Positions 1 through 9,219 of a DNA stretch of 64,000 bases are shown here, piece by piece. Made by a program: the position numbers and the translations under genes. Origin of the DNA: a virus (Duplodnaviria > Caudoviricetes); IMG/VR virus record IMGVR_UViG_3300023283_000263, positions 13,760 to 77,759 of that record. One strand, 5' to 3'. Positions within the stretch are counted from its first letter, which is position 1. The number at the start of each line of letters is the position of its first letter. The notes below the pieces were generated by a model. That model was not told where the DNA came from. It made no database searches and was given only the letters and a program-made list of their open reading frames with translations.

Positions 1-8
1 GACGCGAA

Positions 9-647
9 GTGTTGACCAAGGCGCACGTCGGTCCGGTCGAGGTCGAGTCGACGACGGTGAAGGTCCCGCCGCGCGTCGCTTTGTACGAGACGCCGTGGAA
101 GCTGCCGCGCAGGAAGGACGGGCAGCCGTGGTACCACGAGGCCGGGAAGTGCGGGCACGTCCTGACCCACCTCTCGCAGCACGGCGGACGGAACCGCTTG
201 ATCGCGCGCGTTCTGGAGCGCGCGTACAGATCCGGGCGGAGGACCGTGGTGTTCTCGGACCGCGTCGACCACCTCGACCTGCTGCGGAGCATGGTTCGGC
301 GGGCTGGCGCGCCCGAGGAGGACACCGCTCTCTACGTGCACGGGATCTCGAAGGCGCAGCGGCGGGATTACCTCCGGCGTCCGTTGATCTTCGCTACCTA
401 CGCGATGATGGACACCGGCACGAACGCCCCGTGGCTCGACTGCTGCGTGCTCGCGACTCCTCGGTCGAACGTCGAGCAGGCCGTCGGCCGCGTTCAGCGG
501 GAGTTGGAGGGCAAGCCCCAGCCCGTGGTCGTGGACTTCTTGGACGACGCGAGCCCCGTGTTCGCGGGCTACGCGAGAAAGAGGATCCGGACGTACAGGC
601 GACTGCGCGCGACCGAGGTGAAGCGTTATCGTCTGAGCGCAGAGTGA
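9..647 (+). CDS. Superfamily 2 helicase, C-terminal part (gene probably begins before the window)
   Basis: Helicase C-domain motifs VVFSDRVDHL, IFATYAMMDTGTNAPWLDC and EQAVGRVQR (motif VI-like). Confidence 0.8.
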   Translation: MLTKAHVGPVEVESTTVKVPPRVALYETPWKLPRRKDGQPWYHEAGKCGHVLTHLSQHGGRNRLIARVLERAYRSGRRTVVFSDRVDHLDLLRSMVRRAGAPEEDTALYVHGISKAQRRDYLRRPLIFATYAMMDTGTNAPWLDCCVLATPRSNVEQAVGRVQRELEGKPQPVVVDFLDDASPVFAGYARKRIRTYRRLRATEVKRYRLSAE

Positions 648-660
648 AGGAGGCCCTCCG

Positions 661-1002
661 ATGATAGATTCTGCTTCAAAGCGGCGACGCATTCGAGTCC
701 AGCGCGGTCGCGGCGTCGCGCGGCTCAAGCGCACCGGAGGCCCCGGCGGCGCCGGCGGCGGGTCCGAGCGAGAGAAGGAGTACCTGCTCGACCCCGATTT
801 CTTCGACGCGCCGACGGCGAACGTGAGCCTCTCGATCAAGAGGCGCGTCGGCCTCCCCGACTACTGCGCCGTGGAGTTCTCGGCGTCGCTCACGCTGCCG
901 GCGGAGCCGACGCCGGAGAAGATCGACGAGGCCGCGGAGCGGATCACGGAGTGGCTGGACGACCGGCTCTCGAAGATGGCAAAGTTCGCGGGGGTGGACT
1001 GA
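661..1002 (+). CDS. Hypothetical protein
   Basis: ORF packed between helicase and RecA, AGGAGG upstream. Confidence 0.55.
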   Translation: MIDSASKRRRIRVQRGRGVARLKRTGGPGGAGGGSEREKEYLLDPDFFDAPTANVSLSIKRRVGLPDYCAVEFSASLTLPAEPTPEKIDEAAERITEWLDDRLSKMAKFAGVD

Positions 1003-2115
1003 GTGCCGCGGGGAGACGGGGCGCGCGAGTCGGCGGACGACGTCCTCGCCGGCTTCCGCAAGCAGCACGGCGACGACCTGGCCGGGAGGGGCATGGTCCT
1101 CCACGACTGCCCTCGTTTGCCTACGGGCATCTTCGCGCTGGACCTCGCGATCGGCGGCGGGATCCCTCTCACGCGGGCGACGCTCGTCCACGGGGCCGAG
1201 TCTTCCGGGAAGTCGAACCTCGTGCTCCAGATCCTTCGTTCGGCGCAGCTTCGGTACCCCGACAAGACGGCGGTCCTCGTCGAGCCCGAGGGCACGCTCG
1301 TCCGGTCGTGGGCCGAGGCGAACGGCGTCGATTGGGACCGGCTGATCGTCGTCCGCCCGGAGTACGGGGAGCAGGCGGTCGACGCGGTGTCCGGCTTCCT
1401 CGGCGCGGAGGACGTCTCGGTCGTCGCGCTCGACTCGGTGGCGGCGCTGATCGCGAGCCGGCAGATCGAGAAGTCGGCGGATCAGGAAGCGCCCGGGGTC
1501 GCCGCGAGGCTCACCTCCGAGCTGGTGAGGAAGGCGATCCACGCCCTGGTCTCCGCCCGCAACGCCGGGCGAGCGCCGGGGCTCGTGCTCGTCAACCAGC
1601 ACCGCTTCAAGATCGGCGTCATGTTCGGGAACCCGGAGACGATCCCGGGCGGGGAGGCGCAGAAGTTCCTCGCCTCTCTTCGCCTCCGACTCTACGGGAA
1701 GAACGTGATCGACAAGAGGTACTCGGCGGTCATGCCGATCGCCAAGAAGACGACCGCCACGCTCAAGAAGTGGAAGCAGCCGGCCGCGTTCGAGAGCTGC
1801 GGCTACACGATGGCGACGTCCCCAGCCGGCGGCTTCCGCCCCGGCGAGGCGATGGACCAGTGGAAGGCCGCGCGGCGCTACCTGGCCGAGTACGACCTGA
1901 TGAAGAAGACGAAGGACGGCTACGAGGTCGCCGGGGAGACGTTCCGCACGCAGGACCACGTCGACGCGAAGATGCGGAGCGACCCGGCGTTCTACGACGC
2001 CGTGCTCGGGCTCGTGCTCGGCGAGGTCCTGGGCGCCGAAAATGGAGCAGGAGAGGCCGAGGAGGGATCGACGGCGGATCGAGACGATGCGAGAGACGGA
2101 GGGGGGACTCGGTGA
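1003..2115 (+). CDS. recA: RecA/UvsX-like recombinase
   Basis: TGIFALDLAIGGGIP, Walker A GAESSGKS, Walker B VVALDSVAAL, LVLVNQ..FKIGVMFGNPETIPGGEAQKF. Confidence 0.9.
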   Translation: MPRGDGARESADDVLAGFRKQHGDDLAGRGMVLHDCPRLPTGIFALDLAIGGGIPLTRATLVHGAESSGKSNLVLQILRSAQLRYPDKTAVLVEPEGTLVRSWAEANGVDWDRLIVVRPEYGEQAVDAVSGFLGAEDVSVVALDSVAALIASRQIEKSADQEAPGVAARLTSELVRKAIHALVSARNAGRAPGLVLVNQHRFKIGVMFGNPETIPGGEAQKFLASLRLRLYGKNVIDKRYSAVMPIAKKTTATLKKWKQPAAFESCGYTMATSPAGGFRPGEAMDQWKAARRYLAEYDLMKKTKDGYEVAGETFRTQDHVDAKMRSDPAFYDAVLGLVLGEVLGAENGAGEAEEGSTADRDDARDGGGTR

Positions 2116-2441
2116 GGCGCGACCGCATCGGCGAAGCCGGTCGACGGGCCGAGCGGCGCAGCAGCAGGCGCGCCGGCGGGCGCCCGCGCCCGGCGAGCGG
2201 GGCGATGCCCGGGGCTAAGGGCGACGACGAGCGCGGCGATTTCCTCGTCGAGCACAAGGCCACGGAGCGCGAGTCGATGTCCCTGCGATTCGAGGTGCTG
2301 GCGAAGATCGGCGGGGAGGCCGTCGCCGAGGGCAAGACGCCGGCTCTGCAGATCGTCTTCTGCACAGGCAGCGGGCGCCCCAGGAGAGGCGGGAGCTGGA
2401 TCATGGTCCCGGAGCACGTCTTCGAGGAGATGCGGCGGTGA
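2112..2441 (+). CDS. Small PD-(D/E)XK-like protein (possible resolvase)
   Basis: GTG overlaps the RecA stop; GAKGD...FLVEHKAT pattern. Confidence 0.5.
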   Translation: MRRDRIGEAGRRAERRSSRRAGGRPRPASGAMPGAKGDDERGDFLVEHKATERESMSLRFEVLAKIGGEAVAEGKTPALQIVFCTGSGRPRRGGSWIMVPEHVFEEMRR

Positions 2442-2872
2442 CGCCTTGCGTCTACGTCATCGGTTCGATGCGGAATCATCGGATCCCGGAGGTGGCCGAG
2501 CGCCTCGCTGCGATAACCGGGTACGAGCTGTTCGCCGACTGGTACTCGCCGGGACCGGACGCCGACGACCGCTGGAAGGAATACGAGCTGGCGCGCGGGA
2601 GGTCGAGGATCGAGTCGCTGCGCGGGTACCACGCGCGCCACGTCTTCGCGTTCGACAAGCACCACCTCGATCGGTCGAGCGCTTGCGTGCTCGTACTCCC
2701 GGCCGGGAAGTCCGGGCACCTGGAACTCGGCTACATGATCGGGCGAGGCAAGCCGGGGTACATACTGCTCGACGAGGAGGATTCTCGCTACGACGTGATG
2801 TACCAGTTCGCGACCGGCGTCTTCGAGGACATCGAAGAGCTGGCGGCTGAATTAAGGGAGAGATTTCGATGA
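2438..2872 (+). CDS. Nucleoside 2-deoxyribosyltransferase / dNMP N-glycosidase-like protein
   Basis: VYVIGSM start, D..HLDRSSACVLVLPAGKSGHLELGY motif typical of the family. Confidence 0.7.
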   Translation: MTPCVYVIGSMRNHRIPEVAERLAAITGYELFADWYSPGPDADDRWKEYELARGRSRIESLRGYHARHVFAFDKHHLDRSSACVLVLPAGKSGHLELGYMIGRGKPGYILLDEEDSRYDVMYQFATGVFEDIEELAAELRERFR

Positions 2873-3540
2873 AGGACATCGTCCTCGACCACGGGAGCGT
2901 CGAGCTTCTTCGCTCGGTCGGGGACGACCTCGCGGTCGTCAACGCTGCTCGCGTGTCCTTCGGGCGCGAGTCCTCGGCGATCGGGGACCCCGAACGCGGC
3001 TTGATCCGGTACTTGATGCGCGAGCGGCACGGGACGCCGTTCGAGGTGGTGGACCTGACGTTCCGGGTCTCGTGCCCCCTCGCCGTAGCGCGCGAGTGGA
3101 TGCGCCACAGGATCAGCAGCTTCAACGAGGTCTCGGGCAGGTACGTGAAGCTGGAGCCGCTGTTTTACGTGCCCGCCGAGTTTCGTCGTCGGGTCGGGAA
3201 GCCGGGGAGGTACCAGTACGAGCCCGTCGACCCGTCGTCTTCCTCGGCGGCGCAGAAGATGCTCCGGGGCTTCTACGATTATGCTGATCGAGTTTATGAA
3301 GAGCTTTGGTCGCTGGGGGTCGCGCCGGAGCAGGCGCGACTCGTGAACCCTCTCGGTATATACACGGAGTTCATCTACAAGGCGAATCTCCGCTCGTTCC
3401 TCAACTTCACGGAGCTGCGGGCGGCGCCGAACGCGATGGAAGAGATCCGTTGCTACGCGGTCTCGATGGAGAGGATGGCTCGCGAGGTCGCGCCGGAGTG
3501 CCTCGCCGCGTTCGACGCTGCCGGGAGGCGGGCTCCGTGA
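2869..3540 (+). CDS. thyX: FAD-dependent thymidylate synthase
   Basis: ThyX signature RHRISSFNEVSGRY; NAARVS; HGTPFE; NLRSFLNFTELR. Confidence 0.95.
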   Translation: MKDIVLDHGSVELLRSVGDDLAVVNAARVSFGRESSAIGDPERGLIRYLMRERHGTPFEVVDLTFRVSCPLAVAREWMRHRISSFNEVSGRYVKLEPLFYVPAEFRRRVGKPGRYQYEPVDPSSSSAAQKMLRGFYDYADRVYEELWSLGVAPEQARLVNPLGIYTEFIYKANLRSFLNFTELRAAPNAMEEIRCYAVSMERMAREVAPECLAAFDAAGRRAP

Positions 3541-4457
3541 GCAGGCTCGCCGAGTCTCTCGCGAAGCGCCGCGACGGGCCCGAGGACCGGGTCGCGTTTC
3601 ACCTTCATCGGTACCTGGCGGGCCGCGACCGGGCGCGGTCGCCGAAGGTGATCCATGCTTCGGACGCGACGAGAGAGGACTTCTGCCCGCGCCGGCAGGC
3701 GCTCCTCGTGCTGACGAAGACGCCGGAGCGTACGCAGTTCGTCCACACGGCCCAGCGACTCGTGTGGGCGCAAGGCAACGCGATCGCGTCTCAGGTCGTA
3801 CGATGGGCCGTGAACGCCGGGATCTGCGTCGGGGCGTGGCATTGCCCTGACTGCGGGTTCGAGGTCGAGTTCGGGCGGCGCCCCCCGCGCTGCTCGAAGT
3901 GCGGCGGGTCTCGATTCTCCTACCGCGAGGTGCGCTTCCAGTCCGAGGACTGCGGGGTATCGGGCGGTATGGATCTCCTCGTCGACCTACCGACGCGCAA
4001 GCGTTATCTGGTGGTCGAGCTGAAGACGATCGACAAGTTGGAGTTCCAGAGGCTCAAGATGCCGCTGGCGGAGCACCGGCAGAGGACGCAGCTCTACTTA
4101 CGGTGCATCGCGGAGAGCGACAGCCCTCACAAGCACCTGGTCGATCAGGACCGCGCGCGCGTGCTCTACGTCTCCAAGGGCGGGTACGGCGAGCGGTCTT
4201 CGCTTCCGCGGGAGTGGGGTATCCGCGACGGCGGGTGGACGCCGTTCAAGGAGTACGAGGTGCGGCGCGACGACGAGGCCGTGGACGACATCGCCGACGC
4301 GGCTCGTCCGCTCCACCGCTGGCTCCGGGGCGATGGAGGGCTACCGTCCGGCGTGTGCCCGAGCGCGGTGTGCGACCGCGCGCAGCGGTGCGAGGTGGTG
4401 GGGCCCTGCTTCTCAGGAGACTACCCCGCGGGGGAGCACAGGAGGTTCGCTGGATGA
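3537..4457 (+). CDS. Cas4-like PD-(D/E)XK exonuclease
   Basis: HASD...FCPR, SGGMDLL, VVELKT, QLYL, C-terminal Cys cluster; internal CxxC...CxxC. Confidence 0.75.
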   Translation: MSRLAESLAKRRDGPEDRVAFHLHRYLAGRDRARSPKVIHASDATREDFCPRRQALLVLTKTPERTQFVHTAQRLVWAQGNAIASQVVRWAVNAGICVGAWHCPDCGFEVEFGRRPPRCSKCGGSRFSYREVRFQSEDCGVSGGMDLLVDLPTRKRYLVVELKTIDKLEFQRLKMPLAEHRQRTQLYLRCIAESDSPHKHLVDQDRARVLYVSKGGYGERSSLPREWGIRDGGWTPFKEYEVRRDDEAVDDIADAARPLHRWLRGDGGLPSGVCPSAVCDRAQRCEVVGPCFSGDYPAGEHRRFAG

Positions 4458-5011
4458 TCGTCGCGGGCGTGGACCCCTCCCTACGGGGAACCGGAGTCGT
4501 CGTCCTCCGCGCCGGGGAGGTGCTAGAAGCAGAAACGGTGCAGGCCGCGACCCCGGGGTCGCGCTGTCCGCGAGCCCGGCTCGCGCGGGGCGCCGATTTG
4601 GCGCGGCGGGTGATCGACGTAGCGGCGGCTGTTCGCCGGCCGTCCCCGGGCCTCGTGGCCGTCGAGGACTACGCCTTCGCCGGGTCCCGGCGCCTCGTGG
4701 ACCTCGTGGAGCTAGGGACGTTGATTCGCGCGGATTTCGACCGACTCGGCGTTACCTGGGCGGCCGTCGGGGCCACTCAACTCAAGAAGTTCGCGACCGG
4801 CCGAGGCCGGGGCGGGAAGGACGAGGTGAGGGTAGGCGCCTACAAGCGCTGGGGATTCGAGCACCCGAGCAACGACGTCGTCGACGCCTACGTCCTAGCG
4901 CGCGTGGCCCAGGCCGTATATTCGTTGCTCCTGCGGCGCTCTTCCCACCTGCTCAAGCACGAACACGAGGTGGCGGAAGCCGTCGCCGTTGCGAACAAGC
5001 TATCGATCTGA
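4454..5011 (+). CDS. RuvC-like Holliday junction resolvase
   Basis: MIVAGVDPSLRGTG, VAVEDY, LKKFATGRG...K, NDVVDAYVLA. Confidence 0.85.
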   Translation: MIVAGVDPSLRGTGVVVLRAGEVLEAETVQAATPGSRCPRARLARGADLARRVIDVAAAVRRPSPGLVAVEDYAFAGSRRLVDLVELGTLIRADFDRLGVTWAAVGATQLKKFATGRGRGGKDEVRVGAYKRWGFEHPSNDVVDAYVLARVAQAVYSLLLRRSSHLLKHEHEVAEAVAVANKLSI

Positions 5012-5039
5012 CATCTTACCCGGCAACAGGAGGTACCCC

Positions 5040-6104
5040 ATGCCGACGCAACACGAGAGGCCCGAAACCCCGTTCGACGAGAGCGAGGAGGAGTTCGAGG
5101 AGTTCGAGGAAGTCGAGGTCCCGGACTTCGACTCTCTCAAGAAGCCCGAGCTGGTCCAGTTCTTCGAGGAGTTCGGCGACCAGGCGGAGGGCGAGGCCCC
5201 GAGCGCCGAGGAGTTCAAGAAGCTCCCGGTCGGGAAGATGCGGCCTCTCCTGAAGGCGCTGTTTCCCACCGGCGAGAGCCTGGAGGACCCCGACGTCACG
5301 GGGCTCGACGCCTCCGATTCGCTCCACAAGATCATCGTCGAGGTGTCCAACCTGAAGGACGAGACGGCCGTCGTCGCTTTCATCGCGTCGCGGGCGGACG
5401 AGGCGGAGTGCCGGTCGATCCAGATCGGCGGGGCCCTCTCGCACGCTCGTCAGAACGGCTGGGCCGGGGACTACCCGGATTTCTGGGAGTTCGTCGAGCA
5501 GGAGATCGGTCTCCGCAAGCGCAAGGCTCAGACCCTGATGCAGTGCTACGACGCCCTGGTCGAGTGCGGCGTGAAGTGGGCCGAGGCGGAGAAGGTCGGC
5601 TGGACGAAGCTCCGCGTCGTGGCTCGGGTGATCAAGCCGGACAACTACCGCGAGTGGCTCAAGACCGCGGCCGAGATGTCTCGCCACGATCTGGAGCAGA
5701 TCGTCCGGGAGGCGCTCGACCCCGGGGAGCAGGGCAGCGGCCGGGCGTCCGGCGACAGCACGCCGATCAAGAAGCTCTCGTTCTCGGTCCACGAGGATCA
5801 GGTCGAGACGATCGAGGAGGCGATCAAGCAGGCGAAGGCGCGGGCCGAGACGGAGTTCGACGGCCAGGCGCTGGAGCTGATCTGCCTGGAGTTCCTCGGC
5901 CAGTCGCCCGCGTCGAGTCGGGTCGCGGCGAACGCCGACCCCTTCGAGCTGCTCCGGTCCGCGATGACCGCGATCAAGGAGAAGTACGAGAAGGAGGACC
6001 CGGCCGACGGGCATCGAGCCGCCGGCGCCGCCGTTTCGGACGATTTCCGGGAAATCTTCGACGAGTACGACGACGGGCCGGTCGAGGAGCCGCTCGACGG
6101 GTAG
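5040..6104 (+). CDS. Hypothetical acidic protein with a possible helical DNA-binding segment
   Basis: Long ORF with AGGAGG RBS; FWEFVEQEIGLRKRKAQTLM resembles a DUF3102-type HTH. Confidence 0.6.
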   Translation: MPTQHERPETPFDESEEEFEEFEEVEVPDFDSLKKPELVQFFEEFGDQAEGEAPSAEEFKKLPVGKMRPLLKALFPTGESLEDPDVTGLDASDSLHKIIVEVSNLKDETAVVAFIASRADEAECRSIQIGGALSHARQNGWAGDYPDFWEFVEQEIGLRKRKAQTLMQCYDALVECGVKWAEAEKVGWTKLRVVARVIKPDNYREWLKTAAEMSRHDLEQIVREALDPGEQGSGRASGDSTPIKKLSFSVHEDQVETIEEAIKQAKARAETEFDGQALELICLEFLGQSPASSRVAANADPFELLRSAMTAIKEKYEKEDPADGHRAAGAAVSDDFREIFDEYDDGPVEEPLDG

Positions 6105-6123
6105 AGGCGCTACGCTCTCGGGT

Positions 6124-6411
6124 ATGGCTCTGGTCGTCACCGTGCCCGAGGGAGGGGTGCTCATCGTCGGCGACGAGGATTTCGTCGTCGAGCGCGCGTG
6201 GTCGCAGGATCGGTTCGTATTGCGAGGGTCGGACGGGACGCTCTGGGACGTAGTCGACGATCGCATGAGCGAGGTGTCTTCTGGGGTGTTCATCGGGGCT
6301 GGTATGCCGCGCGCTTCTTCACCGCCCGGGCACGCGCGTCTGTTGATCGAAGCACCCCGCAGCGTCCCGATCAGGAGGCAGCGACGTGGAAAGGACCGCG
6401 ATTTACGTTAG
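6124..6411 (+). CDS. CsrA/RsmA-like small protein with an internal insertion
   Basis: N-terminus MALVVTVPEGGVLIVGDE and C-terminus ARLLIEAPRSVPIRRQ align by eye with CsrA MLILTRRVGETLMIGDE and VRIGVNAPKEVSVHRE. Confidence 0.5.
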   Translation: MALVVTVPEGGVLIVGDEDFVVERAWSQDRFVLRGSDGTLWDVVDDRMSEVSSGVFIGAGMPRASSPPGHARLLIEAPRSVPIRRQRRGKDRDLR

Positions 6412-6769
6412 CCAGACGGCGCGTCAGCAGGGCACGCATCTCGGGCTATCGATCGCGGACATGATCGACATGGCGCGCGAGAGCGCTCCGTGCCGCGGCC
6501 GAGGCGTCTATAACCGGCGCTTCGAGCGGTACTTGCTCCACGTCGACGAGGAGCGCGGCGTTCTCCTCGGCGTCTATCGCGGTCCGGCGCCGCACGAAGC
6601 GAAGGCTGCTCCAGCGGAGACGGGGCCCGTCCGCGCCGCCCTCATCGCTTCGCGCGACTCGATCGAGGTGCTTTTGTCGATCACCGAGGAGTGCCAGGGC
6701 GACCCCGGGATCGACGCAGCGCAGGCGGACGCGCGCGAGACCCTCCGCATGATCCGCGAGCTGCTGTAG
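6386..6769 (+). CDS. Hypothetical protein
   Basis: ORF overlaps the previous gene and abuts the polymerase start. Confidence 0.55.
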   Translation: MERTAIYVSQTARQQGTHLGLSIADMIDMARESAPCRGRGVYNRRFERYLLHVDEERGVLLGVYRGPAPHEAKAAPAETGPVRAALIASRDSIEVLLSITEECQGDPGIDAAQADARETLRMIRELL

Positions 6770-9190
6770 GTGTTGTACGTCTGGACGAACGCCGAGCGCG
6801 ACCTCGTGCACCGCGCGGTCGGCCGGTACTTCGGCGGGCAGAGGTACAGGACTCGGCACCTCGACGCCGGGCCCCCGCGAGCGACGAAGGGCGACGTCGT
6901 CCTCGCGATGGGGGGAGCTGCTCTATCGCAGCTCCGGAGCGCGGGCATGGTGCCGAAGCAGGGGTCGCTCGACGCCCTGCGAGGACGGCGCGTCGAGGCC
7001 GGAGGGCCCGCGTTTCTGCTGTCCTTCGATCCGAAGCTCACTTGGAGGGAAGCTGACAAGGCGACGGAGCTGATCAAGGACGCGCGGCGAGCGGAGAGGC
7101 TCCACCGAACCGGATCGCTGCGCCCGCGCGTCGGAAAGTATGCTTGGGTCAGCTCGCTCGGCGACCTCATCTCGCGCGTCGATAAGAAGCGGGCGGAGAC
7201 GGGTCGATCGGTGCCGCTGATGCACGACTTGGAAACGCACGGTCTGTTTCCCTGGTACGACGATCGCGAGATCGTCACGAGCGCGTGGACGGACGGCCCG
7301 GGGAGGGCGTGGATCGTCGACCACCGCGCCGACCCGAGGCTCTCAGATTCGTCTCTCCGCGAGCAGATCGAGTTCTTACTCTTCTCCGACGCCGTGCGGT
7401 TGTGGGGGGCGAACCTGAAGTTCGACGTCCTCTGGGAGTGGGTGAAGTGGGGCCTCCGGACGACTCGGTTCACGTTCGACCTGCTGCTCGGGGCGAGCCT
7501 GGAGGACGAGAACCGGAGTAACAGCCTGACCACGCTCTCCTGGATCAAGACGCCGATGGGCGGCTACGACTCGGACTTCAACGAGCGGTTTGACAAGAGC
7601 GACATGCCGTCCGCGCTCGCGAAAGACGCGGAGAGTTTCAAGGTCTACGCGGGGGGAGACGTAGACGCCGGGTACAGGGCGTGCGTTCCGACGATTCGCT
7701 CGATCGCTCGGGACCGCAAGCTCGAACGGTTTTATCGAGAGCTGCTTCACCCGGGGGCTCGGGTGTTCGAGAAGGTCGAGCGGACGGGCTGGCTCGTCGA
7801 CGTCGATCGGATGGAGGCGCTGGCGGGAGAGGTGCGCGCCGACGTGCGGGCCACGACGGCGGAGGCTATGGGCATGATCCCCGTCCCCGTGAAGGCCAAG
7901 CACGCGGACAAGCTGACGCTCGGACGGGCCGCGCTGAAAGTGGACTTCCTCTTCGACCACCCGGCCGGGCTCCGGCTGGAGCCGAAAGTGTTCGCTCAGA
8001 AGAAGACGTACCCCGACGGCGCCCCCTACCCGAGCGTGTCGATCAAGGACCACCTCGGCGAATGGCGGCACGACGAGCGCGCCGGTCCGTTCGTGAGGGC
8101 GCTGGAACGGCTCGGCGTGTCGGAGAAGACGCTGAGTACGTTTATCGGCGTCAAGGACAAGAACGGCGAGTACGCGAAGGGGTTCCTGTCCCATCTCCGT
8201 CCTGACGGACGCTTTCACCCGACCTACGCGCTCTACCACGGCGGTCTTTGGGACGACTCGGACGACGACACCGGGACCGTCACCGGCCGGCTCGCTGCCA
8301 AGGACCCCGCCGCGCAGGTCCTTCCGAAGCACACGCGCTGGGCTAAGAAGCTCCGGCAGTGTTACCCGGCTCCGCCCGGGATGGTCTGCTGGCAGCTCGA
8401 TTTCTCGCAGGGCGAGTTGCGGATCATGGCGTGTCTCGCGAACGACGCGCGGATGCTTAGGCTGTACCAGCGAGGCGTCGATCTTCATCTCGTCACGGGG
8501 GCGCGGGCAGCGAAGCAGGACTGGCGGAAGGTCGCTGCGTGGAAGAAGTACGCCGAGGATTCTCCGGAGTTTGCTCGGTACAAGCAGATCCGCCAGGGCG
8601 GGAAGGCCGGCAACTTTGGTCTCATCTTTCGGATCTCGGTCGACGGGTTCATGGAGTACGCTTGGAAGACCTACGGCGTGCGCTTCACGAGGGCGGAGGC
8701 GGAAGAGTTCCACGATGGCTTTTTCGAGCTGTACCCGGGCGTGCGCCGCTACCACGAGCGCCAGGTCGAGCTGGCTCGCAAGGTCGGCTACGTGCGAAAC
8801 CCGTTCGGCCGCGTCCGGCACCTCCCGCTGATCCTGTCCCCGGACCGGGAGATGCGGTCGCGGTCGGAGCGCCAGGCGATCAATTCGCCCGTCCAGGGCG
8901 GGCTCTCGGATCTCCAGGTCTACGCGCTGGTCGTCGTCGACCGCGAGATCGGCGTGGACAGACCAGAGTTCCAGGTCGCCGGGTCGACGCACGACTCCGC
9001 TTACGGGTACGCGGCCGAGCGAAACGCGGAGCAGCTCGTGGCGGACGCCGCCGGGGCCGTGAATCGGATCTCCGAGCCCGGAGGTGCGCTCCAGACGGTG
9101 TTCGGCTGGGACCGCCAGATCCCGTTCCCGGTGGACGCCGAGATCGGCGATACCCTCGGGGACCTGGAGGAAGTGGGCCTGGCGTCCTAA
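6770..9190 (+). CDS. polA: Family A DNA polymerase with N-terminal degenerate UDG-like domain and 3'-5' exonuclease
   Basis: Exo HDLETHG, GANLKFD, YAGGD; motif A QLDFSQGELR; motif B KAGNFGLIF; QAINSPVQG; motif C THDS. Confidence 0.93.
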   Translation: MLYVWTNAERDLVHRAVGRYFGGQRYRTRHLDAGPPRATKGDVVLAMGGAALSQLRSAGMVPKQGSLDALRGRRVEAGGPAFLLSFDPKLTWREADKATELIKDARRAERLHRTGSLRPRVGKYAWVSSLGDLISRVDKKRAETGRSVPLMHDLETHGLFPWYDDREIVTSAWTDGPGRAWIVDHRADPRLSDSSLREQIEFLLFSDAVRLWGANLKFDVLWEWVKWGLRTTRFTFDLLLGASLEDENRSNSLTTLSWIKTPMGGYDSDFNERFDKSDMPSALAKDAESFKVYAGGDVDAGYRACVPTIRSIARDRKLERFYRELLHPGARVFEKVERTGWLVDVDRMEALAGEVRADVRATTAEAMGMIPVPVKAKHADKLTLGRAALKVDFLFDHPAGLRLEPKVFAQKKTYPDGAPYPSVSIKDHLGEWRHDERAGPFVRALERLGVSEKTLSTFIGVKDKNGEYAKGFLSHLRPDGRFHPTYALYHGGLWDDSDDDTGTVTGRLAAKDPAAQVLPKHTRWAKKLRQCYPAPPGMVCWQLDFSQGELRIMACLANDARMLRLYQRGVDLHLVTGARAAKQDWRKVAAWKKYAEDSPEFARYKQIRQGGKAGNFGLIFRISVDGFMEYAWKTYGVRFTRAEAEEFHDGFFELYPGVRRYHERQVELARKVGYVRNPFGRVRHLPLILSPDREMRSRSERQAINSPVQGGLSDLQVYALVVVDREIGVDRPEFQVAGSTHDSAYGYAAERNAEQLVADAAGAVNRISEPGGALQTVFGWDRQIPFPVDAEIGDTLGDLEEVGLAS

Positions 9191-9219
9191 CTTCCCGGGG
9201 GCCGGAAGGAGGCGTTTTC

